IMG/VR virus record: IMGVR_UViG_3300005805_000142
Span: 1-45,850 of that record
Origin: a virus
Taxonomy: Duplodnaviria > Caudoviricetes
DNA: 45,850 nucleotides
Direction: 5' to 3' (one strand)
A program made the position numbers and the translations under genes. Shown here piece after piece: positions 1 through 8,670 of this stretch (its first letter is position 1; each line of letters begins with the position of its first letter). The notes beneath the pieces were generated by a model. The model was not told where the DNA came from and ran no database searches. It worked only from the letters and a program-made list of their open reading frames with translations.

Positions 1-1
1 T

Positions 2-190
2 GACAATATTTTTTTAATGAAAAAGGGACAAACAAATCAGAAAATAGTCTTCTTACACATTTGGTGTCAGCTTGATAGCATTATTTGTGATAAATCTGGA
101 AATCTGCGTTCTACTCATTATCTAGGATTCGAAGATCAAAAAGAATTAACGTATTTCATGCTTGCATGTAACCATTTAAGGAGAACCTAA
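2..190 (+). CDS. 3' part of a hypothetical phage protein (possibly truncated by the window edge)
   Basis: Frame 2 is open from base 2 to TAA at 188-190 (...DKSGNLRSTHYLGFEDQKELTYFMLACNHLRRT*). The stop overlaps the next ATG (TAATG), suggesting coupling. There is an internal ATG at 17. Confidence 0.55.
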   Translation, partial: DNIFLMKKGQTNQKIVFLHIWCQLDSIICDKSGNLRSTHYLGFEDQKELTYFMLACNHLRRT

Positions 191-423
191 TGTCAGAAGA
201 AATCAAAGACCAAGCACCCGAGGTCGAAGTTACGGCTCAGGCACCGGCCGCAGAACCAACACAGGGACCAGATCTCAATGTCAGTGATCTTGCTGCATTG
301 AGAAGCATCATCGAAGTAGCTACACAACGAGGAGCGTTCAAAGCAGCAGAACTAGAAGCCGTGGGAAAAACTTTCAATAAGTTAAACACCTTCTTAGAAG
401 CTGTGGCTAAAAAGGAGGCTTAA
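190..423 (+). CDS. hypothetical protein, 77 aa
   Basis: AGGAG RBS at ~179-183, TAATG overlap with the upstream ORF, acidic/Pro-rich N-terminus followed by a helical-looking core. Confidence 0.85.
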   Translation: MSEEIKDQAPEVEVTAQAPAAEPTQGPDLNVSDLAALRSIIEVATQRGAFKAAELEAVGKTFNKLNTFLEAVAKKEA

Positions 424-425
424 AA

Positions 426-1076
426 ATGGCACGACCACTAAAACACATCGGTAGGATCAACAACACAGGGGTTAAGGTTCTTGTGGTGTTTAGAACTCTG
501 CCCGGCGAATCAAATATGGCGTTGGTATTACCAGTTACACAACTAAGTGATTCGTATCACGATTCCATCATGACCATGGTAGAAACAGATCAATGTCAGG
601 AAGCCTACGAACTAGGCGAAATGATGTTCATCCGTACATTCCCGGATGGTAGACCTATGTTACAGGCCATGCAGGCAGATGGCAGGTTGCAGAAAGTAGC
701 TACAGATTCTGTGACTATGACTCCTACCACCAACGACACTGTGTTGTTAAGCAACTTGAACGCACTGATCGCAGAACAGAAAAACTGTGCCGTAGACGAT
801 CTGTATACGTTTGTAAAAGGTGCTCCTAAGGGTAAGGCTGAAGTAACACAGATCGAAGTAAAAGATCTAGCACCTGCTGTAGATACCGATGTTCCTGCAC
901 CAATTAGGGCACAAGCTGCCACAAACGCTGTGCTCACAGACAAGGATATTGCAAAAAGTTACCGAAGTCAAGCCGATGCAATGTACAAAGAAGCAGCAAG
1001 ATTACGTAAAGAAGCAGAGGCACTGGATCCGGTCGTTAAGAAAACTACAAAGGTAAAAGATACTGTAGATGCCTAA
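426..1076 (+). CDS. hypothetical phage protein, 216 aa
   Basis: AGGAGG RBS upstream, 2-nt gap after the previous stop, coiled-coil-like C-terminus (YRSQADAMYKEAARLRKEAE). Confidence 0.85.
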   Translation: MARPLKHIGRINNTGVKVLVVFRTLPGESNMALVLPVTQLSDSYHDSIMTMVETDQCQEAYELGEMMFIRTFPDGRPMLQAMQADGRLQKVATDSVTMTPTTNDTVLLSNLNALIAEQKNCAVDDLYTFVKGAPKGKAEVTQIEVKDLAPAVDTDVPAPIRAQAATNAVLTDKDIAKSYRSQADAMYKEAARLRKEAEALDPVVKKTTKVKDTVDA

Positions 1077-1374
1077 TCCTTTGTTTAGGCCACCTAGAGA
1101 TCTTGTCAAAGAGTGGCCAGAAGTTTTCGAAGATCTTTATATGAATACCATGCCTGTGGCATACCTAGACCTAGTGCATCTAGAATTCAAAGATGGCAGA
1201 ATATGGGAAATAGATATAAGGACAGAGCTGGAAAAAACCAACCCAGAATCTATAGCCGATGTTCTTCTTCACACGCTTAAAGAATACAAAGAAGAAATCA
1301 CCAAGATAGATTTTAAGGTGAATGTTGAAAGACTAAAACACGACATTCAAGATTCAACTAAAAATATTTTCTAG
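1069..1374 (+). CDS. hypothetical protein, 101 aa
   Basis: Overlaps the previous gene by 8 nt, with plausible protein composition. Its 3' end overlaps the convergent dehydrogenase gene. Confidence 0.8.
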   Translation: MPNPLFRPPRDLVKEWPEVFEDLYMNTMPVAYLDLVHLEFKDGRIWEIDIRTELEKTNPESIADVLLHTLKEYKEEITKIDFKVNVERLKHDIQDSTKNIF

Positions 1375-2584
1375 TATTTCCGTAGTGTATGACTTTGTGA
1401 TAATCTGATTGAAATGTTCTCCAAGGGTCAATGATAATTGACCCTTTTTCTATTTTGCAATAAAAATGTTGTTGTTCATCAAATCCTCTATATTCATAGG
1501 TCACTTTTCTATTGTGTGCTAATAAGATCACACCATAACATTCTTGTATGTCGTCACCAGTCAGAGGATCAATGTACTTAGGTGTATATCCTAATTTTTC
1601 ACAATAATACCCGACTAGCAAACTATAACTTCCATCGCAATACTCTACGCCCGGTTTATAAGCCTTACCGTGAATAAAAATGGTCATTGAATTTTCTTTA
1701 GCATGTTTAACCAGTTCTTTAGCAAGATTTTCTGCCTGTATTTCTCTGGCATTCATTATTGCATCGAACATATCATATCCAAGATTCAATTCTTTGGCTA
1801 GATATCTGAGAGCTATGTTATCTCTCGGATGGCAAGCGCCGCCATCTCCCATGCCAGCAGTCATATACTGTGGTCCCATAATACGCATATCGGATCTAGC
1901 TAATGCAGAAGTTACTACATCAACATTGATATTGCCTTGACGCACGGCCACATCCTGTATCATGTTTACAAGACCAATTTTTGCCGAGATGAATGTATTA
2001 TAAAACACCTTGATACATTCACATTCATCCCAGGTACCAATTTCGTACCTAGGATTGTTTTCCATTACGGTTTTATAAAATTCTACCAATTGTTTGGCAT
2101 CACCAGTAGTACTTCCGTCTTCTGTACCAATCATTACCATTTCAGGATTAACCATATCCCATGCTACTGATCCCATAGCTATTAGATATGGATTATAGAC
2201 AAACCGCGTGTTATCGATCAACGGAACGAATTCTCTGCGTGTGGTTCCAGGTAGCACCGTGGAAATCAATACCAGTAATTGATTCTTGTTCATATGCTTG
2301 TTGGCTTCTATAAGACAGTGTTTTACAATGTCATATGAAAAATCTTTAGGCTCTAAATGTGCAGTAGGTGCTCTTCCATCATAGTTAGAATCATGTGGAG
2401 TAGGCACCGCCACAAACACAATGTCTCTATCTTTAACTGTTTGTTGTATCGAAGAACAAATTGTTATGTGGATAGTAGGTTCGACCAATGATATATCGAA
2501 TCCGCTTACACTGTGCCCTTTTTTAGCAATGACTTCTGCACAAGGAAATCCTAACTTTCCTAAACCAATAAATCCAATTTTCAT
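1358..2584 (-). CDS. ugd: UDP-glucose/GDP-mannose 6-dehydrogenase family protein (variant active site)
   Basis: Rossmann GLGKLG, AVPTP, ISTVLPGTT, ECIKVFYNTF (catalytic Lys), GDGGACHPRD (catalytic Cys/Asp), C-terminal GKAYKP and IIDPW. GGGAG RBS upstream. Confidence 0.9.
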   Translation of the reverse strand: MKIGFIGLGKLGFPCAEVIAKKGHSVSGFDISLVEPTIHITICSSIQQTVKDRDIVFVAVPTPHDSNYDGRAPTAHLEPKDFSYDIVKHCLIEANKHMNKNQLLVLISTVLPGTTRREFVPLIDNTRFVYNPYLIAMGSVAWDMVNPEMVMIGTEDGSTTGDAKQLVEFYKTVMENNPRYEIGTWDECECIKVFYNTFISAKIGLVNMIQDVAVRQGNINVDVVTSALARSDMRIMGPQYMTAGMGDGGACHPRDNIALRYLAKELNLGYDMFDAIMNAREIQAENLAKELVKHAKENSMTIFIHGKAYKPGVEYCDGSYSLLVGYYCEKLGYTPKYIDPLTGDDIQECYGVILLAHNRKVTYEYRGFDEQQHFYCKIEKGSIIIDPWRTFQSDYHKVIHYGNTRKYF

Positions 2585-2593
2585 TTACTACTC

Positions 2594-2620
2594 CCAATAA
2601 ATACGTAGATTATTTATTGG
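2594..2620. promoter_or_regulatory. perfect 10-bp inverted repeat containing two opposed TAAATA late-promoter-like boxes between divergent genes
   Basis: CCAATAAATA-cgtagat-TATTTATTGG. TAAATA on + at 2598-2603 and on - at 2611-2616. Confidence 0.7.
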
Positions 2621-2630
2621 TTCAAAATTA

Positions 2631-3833
2631 ATGTCAAAAATTCCTAATTCGCTCAACGACAGTCCCCATCTTAGAAACACTCAGCATACTTGTTTCACTT
2701 TGTTGATAGACGAGACCTTAAAAAAATTATCTATTAGTGATTTTGATTATATCCATGGCCTCATAACCTATTCTGGATATACCAAGAACACTGATATTTT
2801 TTGTTTTATCGAGGACCGTTGTCTTGAAGATCTCAAACAAGGAAAGATATTTTTTATATTTGATGCAAGCACCGAGGGTTACAGTGCCATAGCACAAATA
2901 CCGTTATTCGAAATGCTGTATTGGAACTGCGCAAAGTACAACATAAATCCAAAACAGATTATCTATGTGTCTGCAAATTTAAAGGATGAACAGGCTATTC
3001 AAACTTATTGCGAACAGAATAATTGTTCACCTATAAACGTATTTTCATTTCCATCTTTTGAAATGACTATTCCTTATATAGACAGATCTGTAGAAGATAA
3101 GATCAACCAAACCATTAATGAGGTCAGGAAGAATTACAAAGGAAAATATTTTTCAAGTCTTAGTAGAAGAAATAGACAGTTCAGAACCACGGCTACCTTT
3201 TTGTTGTGCCACGATGCTGTAAGTGAGAATGCACTAATTAGTCATGACAAAATACAGATACCAAAAGATATGGTGGCTTGGAAACAACATTATGGTCTTG
3301 ACGATTTTTCAGACGCACAAGTAATCGAGTGGATCGATACGTTGCCTCGTGTAGTCGACCGAGATGATTTTGAAATAAATTGGGCATTGGATCTAACTTT
3401 TCAAAAAATACATAACAAAACCATATTCCAGATAGCCAACGAAACAGAAATGAATGATTACAGTAACACTGCATTATTTCTCAGTGAAAAAACATTTCGA
3501 CCTATTTCTCAATTCCAACCGTTTGTTATATACGGACAACCCGGATCTAATTATATTTTGAAAGATTTAGGATATCGATTATATGATGAGTGGTTTGATC
3601 TTAGTTTTGATTCCGAACCAGATCATGTATTAAGATACAAAAAGCTCTTGGCCTCTGTAAAAGATGCATGCTTGCAATTAAATGGTATGCATAAAAAACA
3701 ACAGATAGCATGGCGATTTAAAAATCAGGAATTACTGATGCATAATTATTCCACTATGTGCAAACAACAATACAGCCGAGATAAACTCATGCTGTTTATA
3801 AGGAAAATAATAAATGATCGATCGTCCTGTTAG
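2631..3833 (+). CDS. putative glycosyltransferase-like protein (GT10/GT-B-like C-terminal 'SEKT' motif)
   Basis: 400-aa ORF. FQIANET...FLSEKTFRPISQFQPFVIYG...LKDLGY resembles the FENS...YITEK motif of alpha-1,3-fucosyltransferases. The ORF is secure but the function is tentative. Confidence 0.55.
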   Translation: MSKIPNSLNDSPHLRNTQHTCFTLLIDETLKKLSISDFDYIHGLITYSGYTKNTDIFCFIEDRCLEDLKQGKIFFIFDASTEGYSAIAQIPLFEMLYWNCAKYNINPKQIIYVSANLKDEQAIQTYCEQNNCSPINVFSFPSFEMTIPYIDRSVEDKINQTINEVRKNYKGKYFSSLSRRNRQFRTTATFLLCHDAVSENALISHDKIQIPKDMVAWKQHYGLDDFSDAQVIEWIDTLPRVVDRDDFEINWALDLTFQKIHNKTIFQIANETEMNDYSNTALFLSEKTFRPISQFQPFVIYGQPGSNYILKDLGYRLYDEWFDLSFDSEPDHVLRYKKLLASVKDACLQLNGMHKKQQIAWRFKNQELLMHNYSTMCKQQYSRDKLMLFIRKIINDRSSC

Positions 3834-4668
3834 AAGACTATTTGCATTTGGTTGTAGTTTTACCAAATATCATTGGGCATGCTGGCCAGAAATAGTTGCG
3901 GAAGACTTAGAAATTCCTTTTTATAATTATGGAAAATCGGGCGCAGGAAATCAGTTTATCGCTAACATGATAGCACAGGCTGATGCACAACATAAATTTA
4001 CCGTAGACGATTTGATAATGGTGTGTTGGACAAATGTGTGTAGAGAGGATAAATGGCATAACGGTCAGTGGTCAACTCCAGGAAACATCTATACGCAAAA
4101 TATATACAGTGATGACTATGTGAAAAAATGGGCTGATCCTCTCGGATATCTGGTTAGAGACTGTGCCACTATCGCATTGACTAAAGGATATCTGCAGAAT
4201 ATCAATTGCCAATATCATTTTTTCTCAATGTGCGAACTGCAAGATCATTTTGATCTCAATGAGAAACATGGTGTTCCGGAAAATGTTAGAGATCATTATC
4301 TGCAGATATGCAACATGTACAAAGATATTTTACACATGCCGAGCTTTTTCAAAGTTCTCTGGAACAATGATGTTCATGCGTATAAATTTAAACCTCAAAA
4401 ATTATTGTACGACTCGTATTTCGACGACGGGCATGCCACACCGTTAGACCATTTAGATTTTTTAAAATTAATATTCCCCGAATATCAGTTTAAAAACACC
4501 ACAATACAAAAAGTTCAAATTTCAAATACTAACCTTTGTAATTTTATTCACGACCAAATTAAAAAATTTAAAAGAAGATTTGCCATATACGAGTTGCCGG
4601 ACAATGAATTAAAATTGTTATTGAGAGAATGTTTAATCAAAAATGCCGAACAACATATAATTATATGA
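3814..4668 (+). CDS. SGNH/GDSL-fold hydrolase or O-acyltransferase-like protein
   Basis: Block I-like FAFGCSFT, block II-like NYGKSGAGN, block V-like DDGH. AGGA RBS upstream. Confidence 0.6.
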   Translation: MIDRPVRRLFAFGCSFTKYHWACWPEIVAEDLEIPFYNYGKSGAGNQFIANMIAQADAQHKFTVDDLIMVCWTNVCREDKWHNGQWSTPGNIYTQNIYSDDYVKKWADPLGYLVRDCATIALTKGYLQNINCQYHFFSMCELQDHFDLNEKHGVPENVRDHYLQICNMYKDILHMPSFFKVLWNNDVHAYKFKPQKLLYDSYFDDGHATPLDHLDFLKLIFPEYQFKNTTIQKVQISNTNLCNFIHDQIKKFKRRFAIYELPDNELKLLLRECLIKNAEQHIII

Positions 4669-5774
4669 AAATTTATAGACGTCCTATTATTGATGAATTA
4701 ATGGCTAGCTATCAGGCACATTTCCTTCCTTTTGATTTAGAAAAAAATTTATGGTCTTTCACAAATAGAATGCAAGATGCCGACGTCATAGCAGTATTAA
4801 TCAAATACGGTATGGCAGAAATACAAAAACAAATAGACTGTATACGTCCATATTACACCAACCAAACTATAGCAATTATAAGTTTATTTCACATCGATGA
4901 GGCAACTGATATAAAACAGTCTCATGACTATCACATAGATTTATGGAAACAGTTGACTGATAATGTTGTGATTGTTCACTCTAATCGAGAAAATAAAAAT
5001 CAAATTTTTTATGACATTTTATGGAATCGTAGTAAGTGTTATTTCACTGACTACACCAATTATGATCTCAATGAAAGAACCTGGACCTGGGGTACTACAT
5101 CTAATATGTATACTCTCACAGCTATTGAGAAAAAAGGAGAACTTAAACAGTTTTTATCCCCGAACAGGATATACTACGACGATGAACACACTATCAATCA
5201 TCCACGAATACGTGCAAGGCTCCGACTTAAAAAATTATTAGAATTTCGAGACGGATTTATCAGTGACCCGCAAAAAGGGGTGGCATTAGAGCCTGAAGAA
5301 TCAGAACTAGTCAATCATATTTTAGGTGGGCAGGGCGGTACATGGTTTCCGGTAGCTAACCGCTTTTATAATGCCAGTTTTGTTAGTATCTACACAGAAA
5401 CCATAACCACAGGCATCTCTACAAAAACAATTACAGAAAAAACTTGGGATCCATTAATTAAAGGACATTTTATATTACCGTATGGGTATTCCGGATTAAT
5501 CTCGGATATCCGAGAGTATGGATTCATTCTACCAGATTGGATAGATTATGAGTACGACCAAATTTTCGATGATACCGCAAGATGGCAAATGTTCGCTCAG
5601 AGTGTAGATAAATTGTTATCCAAATCTATCACAGAACTTCAATGGCTGTTTGATAAGCATAAATCAATTCTGGAACATAATAGGGATTTATTCTTTATGA
5701 GGCCTTACGACACACTGCACGATAAGATCAAGAGATTTAGGTCAGCGCACATTGCTGGTAAAAATCTGCCATAG
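4665..5774 (+). CDS. putative glycosyltransferase-like protein (second 'TEKT' motif paralog)
   Basis: FVSIYTET...TITEKTWDPLIKGHFILPYG. The start is moved from 4629 to the ATG at 4665, which forms an ATGA overlap with the previous stop. Confidence 0.55.
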   Translation: MKIYRRPIIDELMASYQAHFLPFDLEKNLWSFTNRMQDADVIAVLIKYGMAEIQKQIDCIRPYYTNQTIAIISLFHIDEATDIKQSHDYHIDLWKQLTDNVVIVHSNRENKNQIFYDILWNRSKCYFTDYTNYDLNERTWTWGTTSNMYTLTAIEKKGELKQFLSPNRIYYDDEHTINHPRIRARLRLKKLLEFRDGFISDPQKGVALEPEESELVNHILGGQGGTWFPVANRFYNASFVSIYTETITTGISTKTITEKTWDPLIKGHFILPYGYSGLISDIREYGFILPDWIDYEYDQIFDDTARWQMFAQSVDKLLSKSITELQWLFDKHKSILEHNRDLFFMRPYDTLHDKIKRFRSAHIAGKNLP

Positions 5775-7101
5775 CTGGAAACGTTTCCAGAAAATTTGTT
5801 CCTCTCCTACGGTCATATTCAGTAAACCAATTAAAGAAGTCTCTACGCCCCTCTTTTAGTCGTTCTGGGGTATAGATAGCTGATTCCATGTATTTTACAA
5901 CTCTTAGAAATTTTTCATACTCTAAGTCGTTGAATTTGCTACGATTTTTATCGTCTAAATTGGCTAGAATGAAGTCTAGATGCTTTTGCATGTAGGGCAT
6001 AAATTCTGCCTTAGGTAGAATATTCATATCATACTGCAGAGGCTCTTTCAAATAGGGGGTATCAAATCGTATACGCTGCCATTTGTTCTGATCAAAGCCA
6101 TTATACTTCTCACGCCATTCTAGAATTTTTTCTAACAGACTTTGAAAATTTGTTACCGTTAAAACATTAAAGGTACACATAAACGTGATAGGTAAATGAG
6201 TCTTAGTTAGATAAGTGTCTAAATTTTGTTCCCATACAGCTATATCCAATCCAGTACGAATGTATTCTGCAGGGGCACCCCAAGTATCCATGCTGGTAAA
6301 AATTTTAAAATCTTTGATACATCCGTTGACAATTAAATTATTAACTTTTTCCACTAGTCTATCAATTAGTATTGGCTTAACTCCAAAATTTGTGTTGATG
6401 TTTAATTCAAGATCGGGCAGCGGATTAATTAACAGGTCATCTAATAACTTCCATGTGCTGGATTGCAGTAATGGCTCTCCACCGGTGATTCTTAGGATAG
6501 TCAGTGTCTTTGAAACTTCTGGCCACCACTTCCACCAAGCGATCACATAGGGATTAGTTTCTTCTTCGTATATTTTAAACCAGTCAATGTCATTGCGATG
6601 ATTTTTGACCATGGTATACGGACCATGATCTTTGATTTCTTTATAATATGCGCTGCTGTGCTTGGGATGGCAATACCCGCATTTGAAATTGCATTCGTTA
6701 CCAAATGAAATTTCTATGTACTGCGGATTTACCGGAGCTAGAGGATTGGCTTTAATAGCTCCTAATCTTTGTTCTGTAAAGATACTGGCATTACGTTCGT
6801 GCCTGTCTGATATATATTCTTCGCCCAACGCTTCAATGTTCCAACAATAATTACATCCAGGAGGTTTTTCGCCTGCAATCATTTCAGCACGTTGGCTGAT
6901 TTTTTCTTTGGTATTGTGCAATGCACTAGGATCAACAGCAATTTCATCTAGAGGAATTTTATGCGGAGCAGGATGGTAGCAACTGTGTGTTTCGCCTGTC
7001 TGTAAATAGATGGTTGTGTGATGCCATTTGGCTAGGCAAAATGTTGGAGAGATTTCATTCATTATAGGAATGAACTTTTGTATTCTACTTTTATCGTCCA
7101 C
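5737..7101 (-). CDS. radical SAM protein with N-terminal SPASM/twitch-like Cys cluster
   Basis: CNFKCGYC (CxxxCxxC), ITGGEPLL, INTN, TSMDT. N-terminal CLAKW...SCYH...CNYCW. Likely start is GTG at 7101 with AAGGA upstream (the ORF track starts at 7152). Confidence 0.88.
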   Translation of the reverse strand: MDDKSRIQKFIPIMNEISPTFCLAKWHHTTIYLQTGETHSCYHPAPHKIPLDEIAVDPSALHNTKEKISQRAEMIAGEKPPGCNYCWNIEALGEEYISDRHERNASIFTEQRLGAIKANPLAPVNPQYIEISFGNECNFKCGYCHPKHSSAYYKEIKDHGPYTMVKNHRNDIDWFKIYEEETNPYVIAWWKWWPEVSKTLTILRITGGEPLLQSSTWKLLDDLLINPLPDLELNINTNFGVKPILIDRLVEKVNNLIVNGCIKDFKIFTSMDTWGAPAEYIRTGLDIAVWEQNLDTYLTKTHLPITFMCTFNVLTVTNFQSLLEKILEWREKYNGFDQNKWQRIRFDTPYLKEPLQYDMNILPKAEFMPYMQKHLDFILANLDDKNRSKFNDLEYEKFLRVVKYMESAIYTPERLKEGRRDFFNWFTEYDRRRGTNFLETFPAMADFYQQCALT

Positions 7102-7789
7102 GTAGTCGTTCCTTGACTCTAGAAAATTCAGTAGCCAGCCAATCAAAATCATTTATACATTTTAATGCCTCGATATTGTTCTGATTATTTTCACCATAAT
7201 GCTTGCCACCCTCAGCTCCTAGAAATGCATAAAACCCAAAAGGCACACTTTCATTAAATTTGCACCATGCATCTAATCTCTGTTGTGTTTCTACATCGTC
7301 TTGACGGTCTATGGTTCTGCTGGCTAATTTGCAACATTCTCTGAACGCTGATTTCCAGGTATTGAACGGATCGGTATTAAATGCCGTGACGTTACTGATT
7401 TCTGGCATGGCCTTGAACCACTGGCTGATACTGGTGGTCATGTCTGGTCTAGATACATCCATAGTCTGCGTAAGTGTTTTTGGTAATAGCTTAACTCCGC
7501 CATATCCATATTGTAAATCATTTATAGGATTTATGCTGCGCCAAACATGCACACATTCTACATCTTCTTTGGGAACAACGTAATCAAAATTGAATGACTC
7601 AACTATTTCTGCATCGCCGTCTACTACCCAGAACATTTTAGTAAAAGATTTATTAGCAGCTGCGATGTGTGCTTGATGTATGCCTTTGACATTGTGAACT
7701 CGTTGAGACCTAGGAAATCTAGATTTTAATTTTGCAAAGTTAGAGTCTGCATTTGGTTCATTATAACTGATGAAAATAATATCGTACAT
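7091..7789 (-). CDS. GT-A fold glycosyltransferase-like protein
   Basis: MYDIIFISYNEP, GIHQAH, FWVVDGD (DxD), YGYGGVKL, AFRECCKL. Start moved to ATG 7789 (TAATG overlap). Paralog of 7789-8670. Confidence 0.7.
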   Translation of the reverse strand: MYDIIFISYNEPNADSNFAKLKSRFPRSQRVHNVKGIHQAHIAAANKSFTKMFWVVDGDAEIVESFNFDYVVPKEDVECVHVWRSINPINDLQYGYGGVKLLPKTLTQTMDVSRPDMTTSISQWFKAMPEISNVTAFNTDPFNTWKSAFRECCKLASRTIDRQDDVETQQRLDAWCKFNESVPFGFYAFLGAEGGKHYGENNQNNIEALKCINDFDWLATEFSRVKERLRGR

Positions 7790-8670
7790 TATTGTTTGAA
7801 ATAAGTCAATCCTAAATTTATTGTTTCGTCGTATAGGTCTAAGGTGTATCTGCTTTGTTGTGCATCTAGCCAAGGCCAATCTAAGCCCAGCCTATGTTTA
7901 ATTTTGAATCCCAGATCTTTTGCATCTTCTTCTACAGATGCATGATTAACACTTTGTTCGTAGATATTTCTCAGGATTTCAAAATCTCGTACCTGAATAT
8001 AATCCCAGTCTGTGCAGTTAGTCATCCATGTTCCCATGCGTGAACCAAGAATAGCATATAACCCGTTGTCTTCGTGAGCCCCTACTGTGGACCACATTCG
8101 AAGTCTATGAATGTTATGCCACCAAATCCGTTCTTGGATTTCTTGTTGAGGGACACGCACTCCGTCTAGCAATGTCATCTTGACTCCTTCTCGGAATCCT
8201 GCTCGCCATGCTTGAAACGGTGAGCCTGTGATCACACTGTCACTATAGACTCGAGGAAAATTTCGATAACCATCTTCCCAACAAAAATCAACCTGGGCTC
8301 TATCACTGACTGCATTTTCATGTGTTCGCATATTCAGAACAAATTTCTTATTCCAAATTTTTATTCCGCCATTGCCATATCGTAGCCCGTTGATGCTATT
8401 ACGTCCGCACCATCCATATACCTGTATCTTAGGATCTGTCATGTCAAGATCAAGATCAAAAAATTTAGGATCTACGATATTGTCTGCATCAATAGTGATA
8501 AACCAATCAGTTGATGACAATTCAGCCGCTGCCTTATGTGCGTGGTCGCTGCCTTTGATGCCATGCACACGTTTTGCCCAAGGAGCTTTGGTGCAGAGAT
8601 CTGCATAGTGTAATTCAGCGTTTGGTTCGTCATAACTTAAAAAAACAATGTCAAATTCAACTATTTTCAT
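7789..8670 (-). CDS. GT-A fold glycosyltransferase-like protein
   Basis: FDIVFLSYDEP, GSDHAHK, FITIDADN (DxD), YGNGGIKIW, AGFREGVKM. ATGA overlap with the upstream gene. Confidence 0.72.
   Translation of the reverse strand: MKIVEFDIVFLSYDEPNAELHYADLCTKAPWAKRVHGIKGSDHAHKAAAELSSTDWFITIDADNIVDPKFFDLDLDMTDPKIQVYGWCGRNSINGLRYGNGGIKIWNKKFVLNMRTHENAVSDRAQVDFCWEDGYRNFPRVYSDSVITGSPFQAWRAGFREGVKMTLLDGVRVPQQEIQERIWWHNIHRLRMWSTVGAHEDNGLYAILGSRMGTWMTNCTDWDYIQVRDFEILRNIYEQSVNHASVEEDAKDLGFKIKHRLGLDWPWLDAQQSRYTLDLYDETINLGLTYFKQ

Noticed and set aside
7790-7879. Extended N-termini given by the ORF track (7879, 7152, 4629, 15490 starts)
   Set aside because: They lie deep inside neighbouring genes. Downstream starts give canonical overlaps or RBS spacing and align with paralogues.
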